A DNA stretch of 60,482 nt, the filler included, from Globobulimina sp. (lineage: Eukaryota), in NCBI GenBank assembly GCA_003354225.1. It is 16 parts of 16 records of this genome, joined end to end, with 100 filler letters (N's around TTAATTAATTAA, not from the genome) between each part and the next. Parts side by side here need not be neighbours in the genome. Positions count along the whole stretch, not along the records: positions 1 to 3,694 come from PIVH01002255.1; positions 3,795 to 7,486 come from PIVH01002256.1; positions 7,587 to 11,277 come from PIVH01002257.1; positions 11,378 to 15,068 come from PIVH01002258.1; 12 more parts are not named here. The stretch is one strand, 5' to 3'. Each line of letters opens with the position of its first letter. Position 1 is the first letter of the stretch. Under the pieces are notes generated by a model, which saw only the letters and a program-made list of their open reading frames with translations, searched no databases and was not told where the DNA came from. The position numbers and the translations under genes were made by a program. Shown one piece after another: positions 1 to 12,042 of this stretch.

Positions 1-1329
1 TACCAGAATCAGCTAAAATATCCTTGTGTTTTGCTTCCACATAACTCCGAGATTCAGGCAAAAAACGCTCTAAAACAATATCAGCAATCAATGCAGAAAC
101 ACCTAAATACGCTAAACCAGCACCAAAGGTTATTGTCAGTGCAAAGAAACTAAATTGTCCGCCAATGCCTTCTGTCACAAATATAACTCTTATTCCATAC
201 AACTTCCTCAAATATCTCCTCTCCTCATTGGTGTCATAAGCAACCGTTCTAAAATTATATCCACTCGATATTGTCCGGTTTGTCCCTGGTTCGCCATCAA
301 TACGTTTGAAGCTAAAATCCGGATTGCACTCTAAATACACGTACATATGTTTGCTATTTTTGAAAAAAGTGCATAAATCCAAATATAAGTCATATATAAA
401 TATAATATGCAACTTTTCCAAAGATATCAAAAATCTGTATCCAAATTAATTAAAATAGGAAATATATATAAAATTACCATCAACGTCCTTATCAAAATCA
501 CAATTCCATATGGACGCCACCAACAAAATAGCGCCTCGGCTTGCAACTGGATCAACGTTTGTTATCTCACCGTCTGTTGCCTTGGATAACAGCTCATTGA
601 CTGTGAATAAATTGTACCCAAACGTAGGTGCGCTGCCATATTTGTCATAGATATTATTCCTGTCAATACCAAACAATTCAAAGTTAACATCGATTTTAAC
701 AAAAGCTGTGAACTCACCGACATTGTTCACCAAGTCAAGTTTTGTATCGTTTTCTAGAGGACACCACGAATACATCTCGCATCTCCCATTAACACTGCAA
801 TTACCTGTGAATATACCTTGGCTGTCTGGGGAATACAAATATTCGTTACATGCTTCTGTAGCGTCCGCAGTGCATTCTGGTACGTCCTCATTGCCAGCGC
901 AGTTTAATTGTCTTGTTTGATTTGGAGTTGCTGTGATTGCAGTTATGATAAAAAACGCATTTTCTTCCATTGACGGCTGACTGTACATGTTATGTTGGTA
1001 CAGTATGTATAAAGTTTGAATATGAGAATAGCACTTAACACTAAATCCATAGCATCAAACGGTGTTAAATCTTGAATAGGACCACTATCATTACCAATTG
1101 AAGCAGAGCCTTTAAGTTTTATTGAGGTAGTTCCAGTTACTTCTCCCGTATCTTGGTAGCCTTTGTCCAAAAATATAGTGAATACTAAAACATATATTAA
1201 TACTACCAACATTGTAATCCAATAAATTATTGACAAGCTCACATTCCTGATACGAATGAATCGGATAGATTTGTACTCACAGAATATTCCTGCTAATGTG
1301 TCTTTTGTTTGCTCGCTGCAGTTGCACAT
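1..1329 (-). CDS. P2X: P2X purinergic receptor (ATP-gated cation channel), 3' end truncated at window edge; introns 981-1039 and 331-477
   Basis: Spliced translation gives TM1 followed by KGYQ, SIKLKG, a Cys-rich ectodomain (CEMYSWCP), WNCDFD, GYNFR, RYLRKLYGIR, then GGQF and TM2. Both introns are GT-AG and restore the frame. Confidence 0.93.
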
Positions 1330-1382
1330 GATTCTTAACTGTGTTCTTTAATTCTAAAGATTTACACACATTATCTTTCAAC

Positions 1383-2568
1383 ATGGCACATTCGAGCCAG
1401 CTTGAATATAAATCCATAATAGCTGACGCTATTAAATCATTATTGAAGGTGGATGATAAAGGGTGGAATATACAAATATTTGAGGATCAAAATAAAATAT
1501 CAGCATGTTTTTGTGAACATTGTGATTGTATTTGTGTGGATGCTGTTGAATTAGGATGTGATCATAGTGATAATGATATATTATTATATTGCAATGATTG
1601 TTTAAAACAGTTAATCAAAGAGAATAATCACAAATGTCCACTCAATGGGCATGGCAATCCATCAGTTGTATCAAGTCGATTTGCGAGAAGACAGATTGTC
1701 AAAGCAGCGGTAATGTGTCCTTATTCAACAGCATATAAAATGAAAGTTGATGCTGCAGCTGGGGCACAGATAATTGATACAATGGGTAATGACGAAAAGG
1801 AAGGAAATCCGGAGGTTAATATTGCGGTATATCAGGATCAGGTTTATGGCAATAAACAATTACAAATGCAAATGAACGCAAAGAGACAGAATAATGTATG
1901 TAATTGGCGAGGAACGCTGAACGATTTAATAAATAATCATTTAGCTCAATGTACAAAGACAAATAATTCATCATTTGTACTAAATATACAAAATAAAGAT
2001 TTAAAGCATAAAAATAAGCAATTAAATGCGCAAATCAATCGTCAAAAATCAGAAATTGCACAATTTAAAATTCGATTAAATGAGAAAAACGCATTGATTC
2101 AGAAATTAAATAGTCGGTTAAATGCAAGCTCAGCTGGTCAATCTGTGCACAGATTACAAAATGAGATCAATGCGTTGAAAAAGAAAAATAATTTTAATGA
2201 TTGGATAACATGCAAAAAATGTGCAACAAAGTATGATGATGGGTCGAATGCAAAAGGTGAATGTGTACATGTTGGTGATTGGCACAGTGAATATAGTGAT
2301 TGTAATAAATTAAAATGTGCGCTTGGATTGACTACAAATGTATGATTATTGAATTCCAATGTGATATTTTTTAATATATACTAGTACATAATGATAGGTA
2401 TCACATTGGAATTTATGATAAAAGATTGGGAAAAGTCATTGGTGCTGCTGTTATTCTGTTGAATATGATTCAAAATGTAAAAAAAGTGGAAAACATGAAC
2501 CAATGCCAAACACAGTTAAATTAGGTGTTGGTGGTTATGAATGTGATGATGATGATGAGTGGGATTGA
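1383..2568 (+). CDS. RING/TRAF-type zinc-finger protein with coiled coil and C-terminal Cys/His (BTK-like) finger; intron 2340-2424
   Basis: CxxC...CxH...CxxC...CP RING-like cluster; CNWRG...NHLAQC TRAF-like finger; heptad region; after splicing CKKC...CVH...HWCCC...C...H; stop TGA 2566-2568. Confidence 0.7.
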
Positions 2569-2959
2569 TTTGTAATTAAAGAAAAAAAATATGATACTAA
2601 TTACAAACCCGTTTCAACGCCAACATTTTCAATTTAATAATGATCAGAAACTAATTAAAGCACGTCCATAAACCCAATGTGTACAATATGTGACAAGAGC
2701 TTTTAGACAGACTGCAGCTGTGTTGCTGTTCAGAAATATCTTTTGATGCACAAACAATTAATTGAGGCTAGAACTAAAACTGGTACGGAAGATAAAAATA
2801 TTAATAATTCCCTTTCAAAGTATATATAAATAGAGCAACCAAAACAGTCTATAACACACATATGATATATATAGAGATAAATACATGCAATAATAACAAT
2901 TCTAGGGATCGATATTTAACAATTTAAAGATATAATAAATAAATATAACAATGAAGAAT

Positions 2960-3694
2960 TTAATAATATGGACTGAACAGAGACTCAGAGGGCTCCATAT
3001 TAAATGCCACCGATGAAGGTTCTATAGATCGTTGATTCCGCATATTCAACTTATTCAAACCTAAAACATGCGTCGTTTGTTTGTTGCTATGTTGATTGAC
3101 AATGGCTGTTACTGTGTCCACCACTACATATTCTGTGTATATTTATATTCATGCATCGGACATTAAATTCGAAGGAGGGGAGTATTTTGACCTGGAATAA
3201 TGGATTTGATATAATAATTATCATAGTTATTGCTCTCTAGATCTGTGAACGTCTCTGTCTCCGTTTGGTACTCTGTGCTGATATAACTGTCTTCGGGGTC
3301 ACTCCGCGCAGTGTCCAGTGTGTCAACATTATATGTACCAACAGCTGCAGACAGCTGTGAGATGGGCGTATGAGACATTGTTTTGTTTTGTGTTATCGTG
3401 GAACACACAAATCTGTTATGTCGATGATGATAATTACTGTTCTTTATACGAGTGGGTATTGAGCGAGATCTGTGAGGATAATTATAATTATAATATGATT
3501 TATAATTATGATTATTGTTAAGTTCGATTGGATGTACATGTCGAATTGCTGTTTTTTTCTCATTTACGATCGTATCAATAGACCTTTGGAATTTATCCGG
3601 TCGAATTCGCCTTGAGTTCGAGTGCTTGAAACCTATGGTGGAGTGTATATGATCTCTAAAGGGGTTTGTATGCAAATATATTTCTCTACATCTA
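2960..3694 (-). CDS. 3' part of an uncharacterised low-complexity protein; intron 3133-3191
   Basis: The open frame from the contig edge continues across a 59-nt GT-AG intron to TAA at about 2960. No domain recognised. Confidence 0.45.
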
Positions 3695-3794
3695 NNNNNN
3701 NNNNNNNNNNNNNNNNNNNNNNNNNNNNNNNNNNNNNNTTAATTAATTAANNNNNNNNNNNNNNNNNNNNNNNNNNNNNNNNNNNNNNNNNNNN
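3695..3794. other. Artificial contig linker (44 N + TTAATTAATTAA + 44 N); first of 15
   Basis: Identical 100-nt spacers also start at 7487, 11278, 15069, 18859, 22648, 26435, 30222, 34007, 37790, 41573, 45356, 49139, 52921 and 56702. The 12-mer puts stops in all six frames. Confidence 0.99.
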
Positions 3795-4108
3795 TACAGC
3801 CCAAAAGAGTGAGTGACGCACCGCCTGAATATGAGGATGTTGAGCCACCTGCATATTATGAAGGTGGTCATGAGTGCAATGTGCATAGTAATGAAGGACA
3901 AAAATCTATAAACGTTAAAGAATGGTTTAAAAATGATGTAGATTTGGATGGAAATGAATATAAAGAAATATATTATAATATATTTATTGAGCAAGGTTTT
4001 GGAAATATAAAAGCCATCAAACTTATAACAGATAAAGATTTAAAGGATATTGGAATTGATAAGATGGGGCATCGGAAAGTCATACTCAATTCTATCAAAC
4101 ATCTATGA
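3795..4108 (+). CDS. C-terminus of a SAM-domain protein (5' truncated)
   Basis: VKEWF...YYNIFIEQGF...LITDKDLKDIGIDKMGHRKVILNSI is a typical SAM pattern, preceded by PPxY-like motifs (PPEY, PPAY). Confidence 0.8.
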
Positions 4109-4213
4109 TCCATCACCAACAAATTGTATGTATTATTAAATTAAGTAAGTAAGTAAGTAAAAACTACACAGTCAGTCCACTGATGATCCGTTGAATCAAC
4201 TGCCTATACCACG

Positions 4214-6550
4214 ATGTTGGTTGCACCGCTATACGCTCGCCACAAAGGTGTCTCACGCAAAACCGATGAAGATGGATGGTCCATACCTTGGATTCTCCGA
4301 TTTTGTTATTTAATTCGTGCTTTAAAATACATATTTCCATTATGTATAGCATTAATTGGAGTGATTGACTTCCTCGCCACCTGGAGATACTGTGCATTAT
4401 TGCCATTATTCAGCGCACCCGTCTTTACATTCGAAATCAAAGCCTGTTTTCTTATATTCTTCTTCTACGCCGTACTGTATTTTATCATCTTAGTCTGTGA
4501 CTGTGCGTCAATCATTGCCTCCCCTCAAGATCCCAAAATAAAATGTTTAATATTCTGCATGCTGTGTAGCATATTATTCTGTATCTCGCCCTTCTTTTTA
4601 TATGCCGTATTTGCTGTAATGTTCTCCTTTCAAACATGGACCATCGAATCCTCTGAGTATAGCTATGTCAAATGGATCTATCTAAACATTATCCAATATC
4701 TGCAAAACGATATAAACACTATGAGTTTCGTTCAACTTTATACTATAAAATATAACCCCTATCACTCTGTTTATTTTTTAAAGGTATCAAATATTTCCGC
4801 ATCGCAAGGGACCGTCCCTTGAGAATATACATCATAATGTTCAAAGCTTTAATAATGTGGCTAAACATCCAATTATTCCAATTCCTGCTCACTGACTATC
4901 CGCGATATTGCCATGAATGGCAAGATATGCGCCACAAAATGGAGCTCGTCGAAACACGGAAACGTTATGCCGCAAACATCAACGTTGAGCGTTATATGCC
5001 ATTTTATCTATAAATTCCACACTTTTTGCAATATCACAGCATGACAATGATGATATGGACCCCGATGATCACGGTGAAGAGGATAAGATGATCGAAGAAT
5101 ATTATAATTCCAACTCCTCACTGTCACCAACCCATTCATCAAATAATTCGGCCGGTTGTTGTGATTTTAATTTCAATAAAAACGAGATTGAGTACAGTTC
5201 ATTGCGGGTGGATCGATATACCCATTGGTGCAATGAGAGGCATTTTAAATCATTACGCAGTCCGTTAGCTATCATCCATGAGATTGTCAACTCATATCCA
5301 GCCACACAGATTGACTCAATTCAGTTCAATTCGATCGACTATGTAAATGTGTATAATTTGTCGCAGCGACATTTATATAGATATTCGAATGAAACTTATG
5401 ACAAAGCTCAGAGCAAAAAGCATCCGATTTATGCCTATGCCGCCATTGCATTGTATTTGTGTGCCTGTTTGCATACGATTTTATTTTTTATGTGCTACCA
5501 TTTTGGATTTAAAGACAACTCGCAATCGGTGTTGGGTTATATTTATTTGTTGGAATATATTGCATTGTATGGCATATTCACTATGATGATATTCAATGTG
5601 TTGCATTGCGATCGATTGTTGACTATTATTCAAAATACGTCATGGTTTGATGATAAATTAATTCATGTTATATATGGATCGTTGGTTGGTGGCGGAGGCA
5701 ATGATGACGAGAATGGGGAGTTAGTTATGAAATGTTTGGCTGACTTTTATGTCCATCATAAGCGCGTTGTGCAGATAACAGTGCAGCATTACATGATGTT
5801 GCATGTTTTGAATATATTATTGCCACAAAAGTGGCTCAGGTATGGCTGCTCTCTGTGTGTAGAATGTAAATGATGTATTTGACAATTTGGTAGCGATATA
5901 ATTTGTTTTTGATGTTACTAAATTCGCAAATGGTGATTCTATAACATTTTGCTATGTTTTTGTTCAGTGAATTAATTATTGAATATTTGTATGGTTTTCA
6001 TGCATTCGGAGATGGTGACGACAACATAAAAAATATAATTCATGGCACGAATCATCATAATCATAATGGAATGCATGAGGTTGAAATCGAGGAATGGAGT
6101 TTGTCCGAGTCCATAAAGTCGGAAAATGAAAAAAATAATTTGGATAATTTGCCCATACCAACAGATGATAACTTTTTGGGAATAAGCAACCGTATCATTA
6201 ATACGCCAAATATCGATATTGATGATGAGAATGTGATCAATAATCTAAGCAATGACTTATTGAACCAATTTATGGAAGAAAAATATGACGAAAATGGACT
6301 ATGTGTTTGTCATGAAGACGATAAGGGATTTATTCGAATGTGGGATGAGTTAAATTTGGATGTGGTTCGATTGCAATATAATGCGTTAAAAAAGTCGAAA
6401 ATATCCGACACCGATTATGACAAAGAAATCACGCAGCAACATAATAAAACTACGAAATCTATGGAATTTTATTTTGATTTTATTCGATCGTTACATTATG
6501 AGGCACAAGCTGAGCAAGAGCAAAATATACATGATGATGCAACGTTGTAA
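4214..6550 (+). CDS. Uncharacterised multi-pass membrane protein; introns 4725-4783, 4984-5039, 5840-5967
   Basis: Four ORF-track fragments join in frame through three GT-AG introns (59, 56, 128 nt). Several hydrophobic segments. Confidence 0.65.
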
Positions 6551-6663
6551 TAGCTATAGCCGATATTTATTTTGTATTTTAAAGGCATTTAATTTTTATT
6601 TCTTTCATTTTAATTGGAAAAACTTAAGCTGTCTTTAGTAAGTCGAAAAAACGCAAGGAGAGC

Positions 6664-7486
6664 ATGCTGTCTTTATTAATTATTTCGTCCACACTGCAAC
6701 CATCATTAGCTAATTTCCCCTGCGAAACACGTAAATCAGCCCTTTCGGGAGAGGATGGCGTCCACCGTGACGATGACACAATATCCATTGGCTGTACAAC
6801 ATCATATCCAACACTAGTTTCATGTGGATGCAGTACTTATTATTCAGGCGAATCTGATTCTGATGGTTGTTATATCTCTAACAATAAATGTGTCGCTCAA
6901 AATGGCAACGGTGGAGATGGGGTCTATGCACATGCGCGTTGTTGTAAATTCCCAGCAACTGATGTCCAATGCACTTCTGTTGCAATGGGCGAGCCTTCCA
7001 CAGGTATATCTGTCACAATCTTTCCATATATTTCGTATCTTCATGAAAAATGCGAGTCTGTATATGTTACTGAATACAAATTAATTTGCAGGTGATGACA
7101 CTCCCAAAGCTTATTCATGCGGACAATATCAACATCAATATTTGCTTGGCTGCACAGTGAAGAGTTCGTGGTCTGGCTTCGATGGTTGCTATCCAGGCAC
7201 AGACAATCCATTCCAAATAACAATTATCCCCACAATCGATTATACGCCAGCAACCATCAATTATTGCACAGCTGTTCATGGTGGTGATGGGGATAACTCC
7301 AGAGGATGGTTAACATGTTGCGACTCGCCAACCTATGCATTAAATTGTGTTCTACGTTATGGAGCAGAAAGTACGCTATCGACTGCAGTCTGTGGCGCCG
7401 GGTATACAATGACTGGCTGTTCTGGATATGGCCCCTGGAGATCCGTAAAGTTAAGTGTACACTCAGTGAAGTTAAGTGTTTCCGAT
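6664..7486 (+). CDS. Secreted Cys-rich protein with three PCSK9 C-terminal (resistin-like) modules, 3' truncated; intron 7004-7091
   Basis: Signal peptide MLSLLIISSTLQPSLA; module 1 ends CVAQNGNGGDGVYAHARCC; module 2 has YLLGC...LTCC; module 3 has AVCGAGYTMTGCS. Confidence 0.7.
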
Positions 7487-7586
7487 NNNNNNNNNNNNNN
7501 NNNNNNNNNNNNNNNNNNNNNNNNNNNNNNTTAATTAATTAANNNNNNNNNNNNNNNNNNNNNNNNNNNNNNNNNNNNNNNNNNNN

Positions 7587-9525
7587 ATTAACTCTATCTA
7601 CCAATTTAGACAGGGGATATGAGCCATCAGCACATAGTATCTGGTTAATTGTTGGAAATAATGAACGGATTATGTCATATAACATACCATCCAATTCATG
7701 GACATATCATGGCACGTTCACTACCACATTGCAATTAGGTGTAGTGACTGCACAATGCTCAGCTCAATGGGGTGATGATAGCATAATGTTTATAGATGCA
7801 GGAACGTTACGACAATTTTCATTTAATTCTATTGCATTGACAAATACAAACAATCCCTTACTTCATCCCCGTGAAGCACCATGTGTTGCCATAATATATT
7901 CAGATTGGATATTTGCAACGGGCGGTGTGATTAAATTTGCAGATGCAGAAAATCCTATTAATTATGAGAGCAGTTATCTGCAAATACTTGATAATAGAGG
8001 ACCAACTGCATATTGGTATAGAGGGCCAAATATGATTGATAGCCGTGCCCAACATGCTTGTGTTGCGCATAATGGTTATATGTATGTATTTGGTGGAGTC
8101 TATGCATTTGCACCTTCAGGTGATGTCTTTGCCCGTGTATCATCAGAAAAAATATATATTGGGGACATGCCAAATATTGGATCATGGTCCAACATTGATT
8201 ATATTCAAGGTTCAAATGTGCATTATCACAGAGCTGTTGTTGACGATTTATACAATCAAATATATCTAATTGGAGGAAGAGATAGTTATGAAGGTATTGC
8301 ATCCGATAATATACAAATATATGATATATCCACGGATACCATGGAATTGCAGAATGGAGCGGGTCGGCTAAACACTGCGAGGTCATCACCTGCGGTCGTT
8401 ATCATTGATCATAAAATTTATGTATTTGGTGGATTAGATCCTGTTGGCGGTGAGTATGCATCATGGGAAACATCAAATATATTAACATTTCATCCAACAG
8501 CATCGCCAACAAATACAACATATTTCCCAACATATTTCCCAACAAAATCACCAACAAATATTCCGACAAAGTCACCAACATATTTTCCAACAGCATCGCC
8601 CACATATTTCCCAACAAATACAACATATTTTCCAACATATTTCCCAACAAAATCACCAACAGATATTCCGACATATTTCCCAACATATTTCCCAACAATC
8701 AGTCCAACTTTAAACCCATTAACACTTAACGCAGATGGTGCAGTTGGAACAACTTCTGATTCGAATAAAGTTAGTATTGACGAGGAACAAAATAATGGAA
8801 ATAATATACGGATTACAGGAATGACATTAATATTATTTATTGTTATTGGTGTATTTGCTGCCATTATTGTTGTTGGCTGTATTTTATTTTTTCTTTATCG
8901 GTCTAAACTAAAGTCAATTTTAGCAGCAATCGAATTAAACAGCAGTCCCGAAGGTATGCAGTGTGCCATTTGATTTAGAATGTATATATTAGAGATTTCC
9001 AATTGCCACTTATTAAATCCCATTAAAATTGGAAATCTCTATTCAAAATAAAAAATTGCCATACTGCGTAAAGAGGATACTGACGTTTGTTATGATGGTA
9101 TTGACAATATCCAATCAGACAATATAATCTCAAATGATAATGATTTAATTAGTATGGTTAACACAACACAATGCGTTGATCGTAGTGGAGATTCAGGAAA
9201 AACTGATGGTAATGTTTATGATAACAATACATTGGATGGCCCCGTATCTGTTGGTCAGACAGACAAAGAAAAACATGCGGATCTATATGCAATGTCAGCT
9301 GCTGCAGTGATACAATCGGCGCAATTGGATGAACAGATGGCCATAGAAGAAAGGAATAAAGAAGAGAGTCAAGAGGAAGGTTTCAATGTTGATCAATTTT
9401 TTGCTGCGGAAAAGAGTGAATCAAATGAGTTGAATGAAAATAATACAACAACTCGTGATGGGAGAACAACAATTGGTGGTGCTAATGATGTAACTCATGG
9501 TGGAGATGATGTACATAATCAGTGA
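7587..9525 (+). CDS. Kelch-repeat type I membrane protein with Pro/Thr stalk (5' truncated); intron 8954-9073
   Basis: Repeated YVFGG/YLIGG/FATGG Kelch motifs, then PTxxPT repeats, a single TM helix (LILFIVIGVFAAIIVVGCILFFLY) and an acidic tail. Confidence 0.8.
8491..8712 (+). repeat. Coding tandem repeats of about 12 nt (CCAACATATTTC-like) encoding a PT(Y/K)(F/S) mucin-like stalk
   Basis: Direct repeats visible in DNA; translation PTYFPTKSPT repeated. Confidence 0.9.
8990..9041. repeat. Perfect 15-bp inverted repeat with TA at both ends inside an intron (mini-MITE-like hairpin)
   Basis: TAGAGATTTCCAATT (8990-9004) and AATTGGAAATCTCTA (9027-9041). Confidence 0.8.
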
Positions 9526-9610
9526 CTTGTTATATATGTGTGTATTTTCTTTAAATAGTTATATATTTGTTTTTATTTGTTTGATTGGCCACGTAAAGCA
9601 ATAAGAAAAG

Positions 9611-11277
9611 TCAATAAAATTCATTACAATTACACTTACCATCATTAAATATATGGACACGATTTGAGTCAGACACAACAAATCTTCTATTTTCCAATTT
9701 ACTCACTAATTTTATAAAACTATGACAATCCGCACATATCCTCAGATTTTTATTTATTACAATTTCGTATTCTTTTGTTGTAGTCAATAAACCATAAACC
9801 AACGCAATTTTTTCACTATGTCTTAACAAAACATACTCTTTGGTTTCATTTTTAAATTTATTCAGTTCCCTTGTTATTAAATTAATATCTGGCTTATATT
9901 TAAATGGTTCTTTCATTAATTTCCCAACGATTTCATTTAGTTTCTTATCAATTTCATCATATTCCTTATATTTCCGATAATGATCACCAGCGATAAATGT
10001 ATGAATTTCTCCATTAATATCAATCTCCGAAATCGCTTTTCTTTGATACTTATCCAATCCTTTTCTTTTCATCTCATCCCTAATCTCATTCTTTTTAATA
10101 AAATTATTATTTATTCCATAAATATTTGATAACAAAATCGATGTCGACGCCAAATGTCTCCCTTTATTCAATATGTCATTCATAAATCTATCATTTATTT
10201 CCTTATGAACTTCTTCTGCAAACATCTCATTCTTATATTTTATGCAGCCGCTCATCAATGAGGTCCACATCCCTTCGTAATAATGATTATTTGTATACTT
10301 TTCATATTGTAATATCAACTCTTTTGCCTCTGACAATTTCCCACTGCGAGAGTAGCAATCCACGAATGCTGATACTAAATATGAATCATATTTCATTGCC
10401 ATTTGCGTAATATCATTATTCCAAACATTTACTGCTGTTTCCAACTCACCGCAATGACCACAGGATGAGATCATTAAAATGAATGTGTTCTTATCCTTCT
10501 TAACTCCTTCAACCTCCATTAACTTATAAATCTCAAATGCTTTATCAATATCACCATTCCTCCCATGTGCGTGAATGAGCGCATTCCACAGATTTATCTC
10601 TGTCAAATATTTATGATGTTGCTTTTGCTTTATTTCATCAAATATTTGCTGACAAATCTGTAAATAGCCACATTTGCCATATAGCTCAATCAGATTTATT
10701 TGAATTTCAGTTTCCTTTAAAATCCATGATAAGTAATTATTGTTTTTTAATTCATCATGTATTTGTTTACCAAAATGATAGGCAGTGCATTGGGTGCATG
10801 TTTTTAACGCAATTGCATAACATACAGTATCTGCTCTTATTTTGTTATTAATGGTATTTAAGTTTTTAAATAAGTGCAAACATTCTTTATTCCAATTGTT
10901 GTGATAATACGCTTCCATCACAGCACTTAACAAAACAATATCTTTATCTTTGTCATTAATGCTGGAATAAATGGATAAAACTAGATCCATTTTCAAACAG
11001 TTTCCATATAAATCAATCAACGTCGTGGCAAATTTCAGTCGCATTTTATGATCAAATTCTGGAGCAAAAACATTTATTTTTGAATGTATTGTTTGACCAC
11101 ATTCATAATCACACAGATTTGCAGATGATTGCAATGCTAATAAGTGGGTTGTATCATTGTGCAAAGACTCAAATTGATTATAAACTTGTATTGAATGTTT
11201 AAACCAGTCGTTGTCGTTTAGGACAGTCATCACTGCATTGATACTCACTGTATCTTTAAATAAAATCGAATCAAAAA
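9611..11277 (-). CDS. PLS-class pentatricopeptide repeat protein with E1/E2 and DYW-type cytidine deaminase domain (5' truncated)
   Basis: P/L/S-type repeats (WNALIHAHGRNG, GKQIH, LIELYGKCG, VDCYSRSGKLSEA); E2 LLSNIYG; PG-box-like SEIDINGEIHTFIAGD; HSEKIA, KNLRICADCH, D..RVHIF.DGKCNC; C-terminus EFY. Confidence 0.95.
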
Positions 11278-11377
11278 NNNNNNNNNNNNNNNNNNNNNNN
11301 NNNNNNNNNNNNNNNNNNNNNTTAATTAATTAANNNNNNNNNNNNNNNNNNNNNNNNNNNNNNNNNNNNNNNNNNNN

Positions 11378-12042
11378 ATTTTAACCCGCTACAGAATAAT
11401 CCTAAGAGTAAATGGGTCTCACCCGTATAGGTCATCTGACTCTGCTCGTCCCAAAATCTACATTAATTGACGAAAAGCATCTTTTAAATCACGCAGAGAA
11501 ACGTAATCATATTTCAACAATAAAGTAACATATTTACGAATGTTTGGAAGTGTGGGCATTTTGCAATTTGCCTTATTAATCACATCATTAATGGCTATAG
11601 TTCGACGGGTGGCAAATGAACCATGTCTTGCCACTCGTATTTCTGTCATTAGATTTGTGTCATTGTCCTTCTTTGGGACACACAATAAATTCAAGTTATA
11701 ATGTAATTGTTTGCCAGTTTTTGTGATATATGCTTTTTTTGCTTCTTTTACCATTCTTGTTAATATTGCACGTAGTTCTCTTTTGTCCCTGACAATATTG
11801 GAAACGTGTTTGCATAGTTTCGACGGATCTCTATTATTTAAATATAAAGGATAACCATCCTAAATCAAATTGATTTCAATTTCACCATTTGGGTGATCCG
11901 CTAAGTAGTCATGGAATAGATTTATATTAAAATGTTGTTTTATGGTTGGTGGATGTTCCCAAAGTCGTACTAATTCTTGGAGTAAAACAGCACATTCAGA
12001 GTCGATTTCTGTGAGTTTGGGAATTACTTTCTCTGTATACAA
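11378..12042 (-). pseudogene. Reverse transcriptase N-terminal fragment with in-frame TAG stops
   Basis: ORFs 11860-12042 and 11458-11754 share one frame, separated only by TAG 11860-11862. A second TAG at 11458-11460 follows DLKDAFRQLM. Confidence 0.75.
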
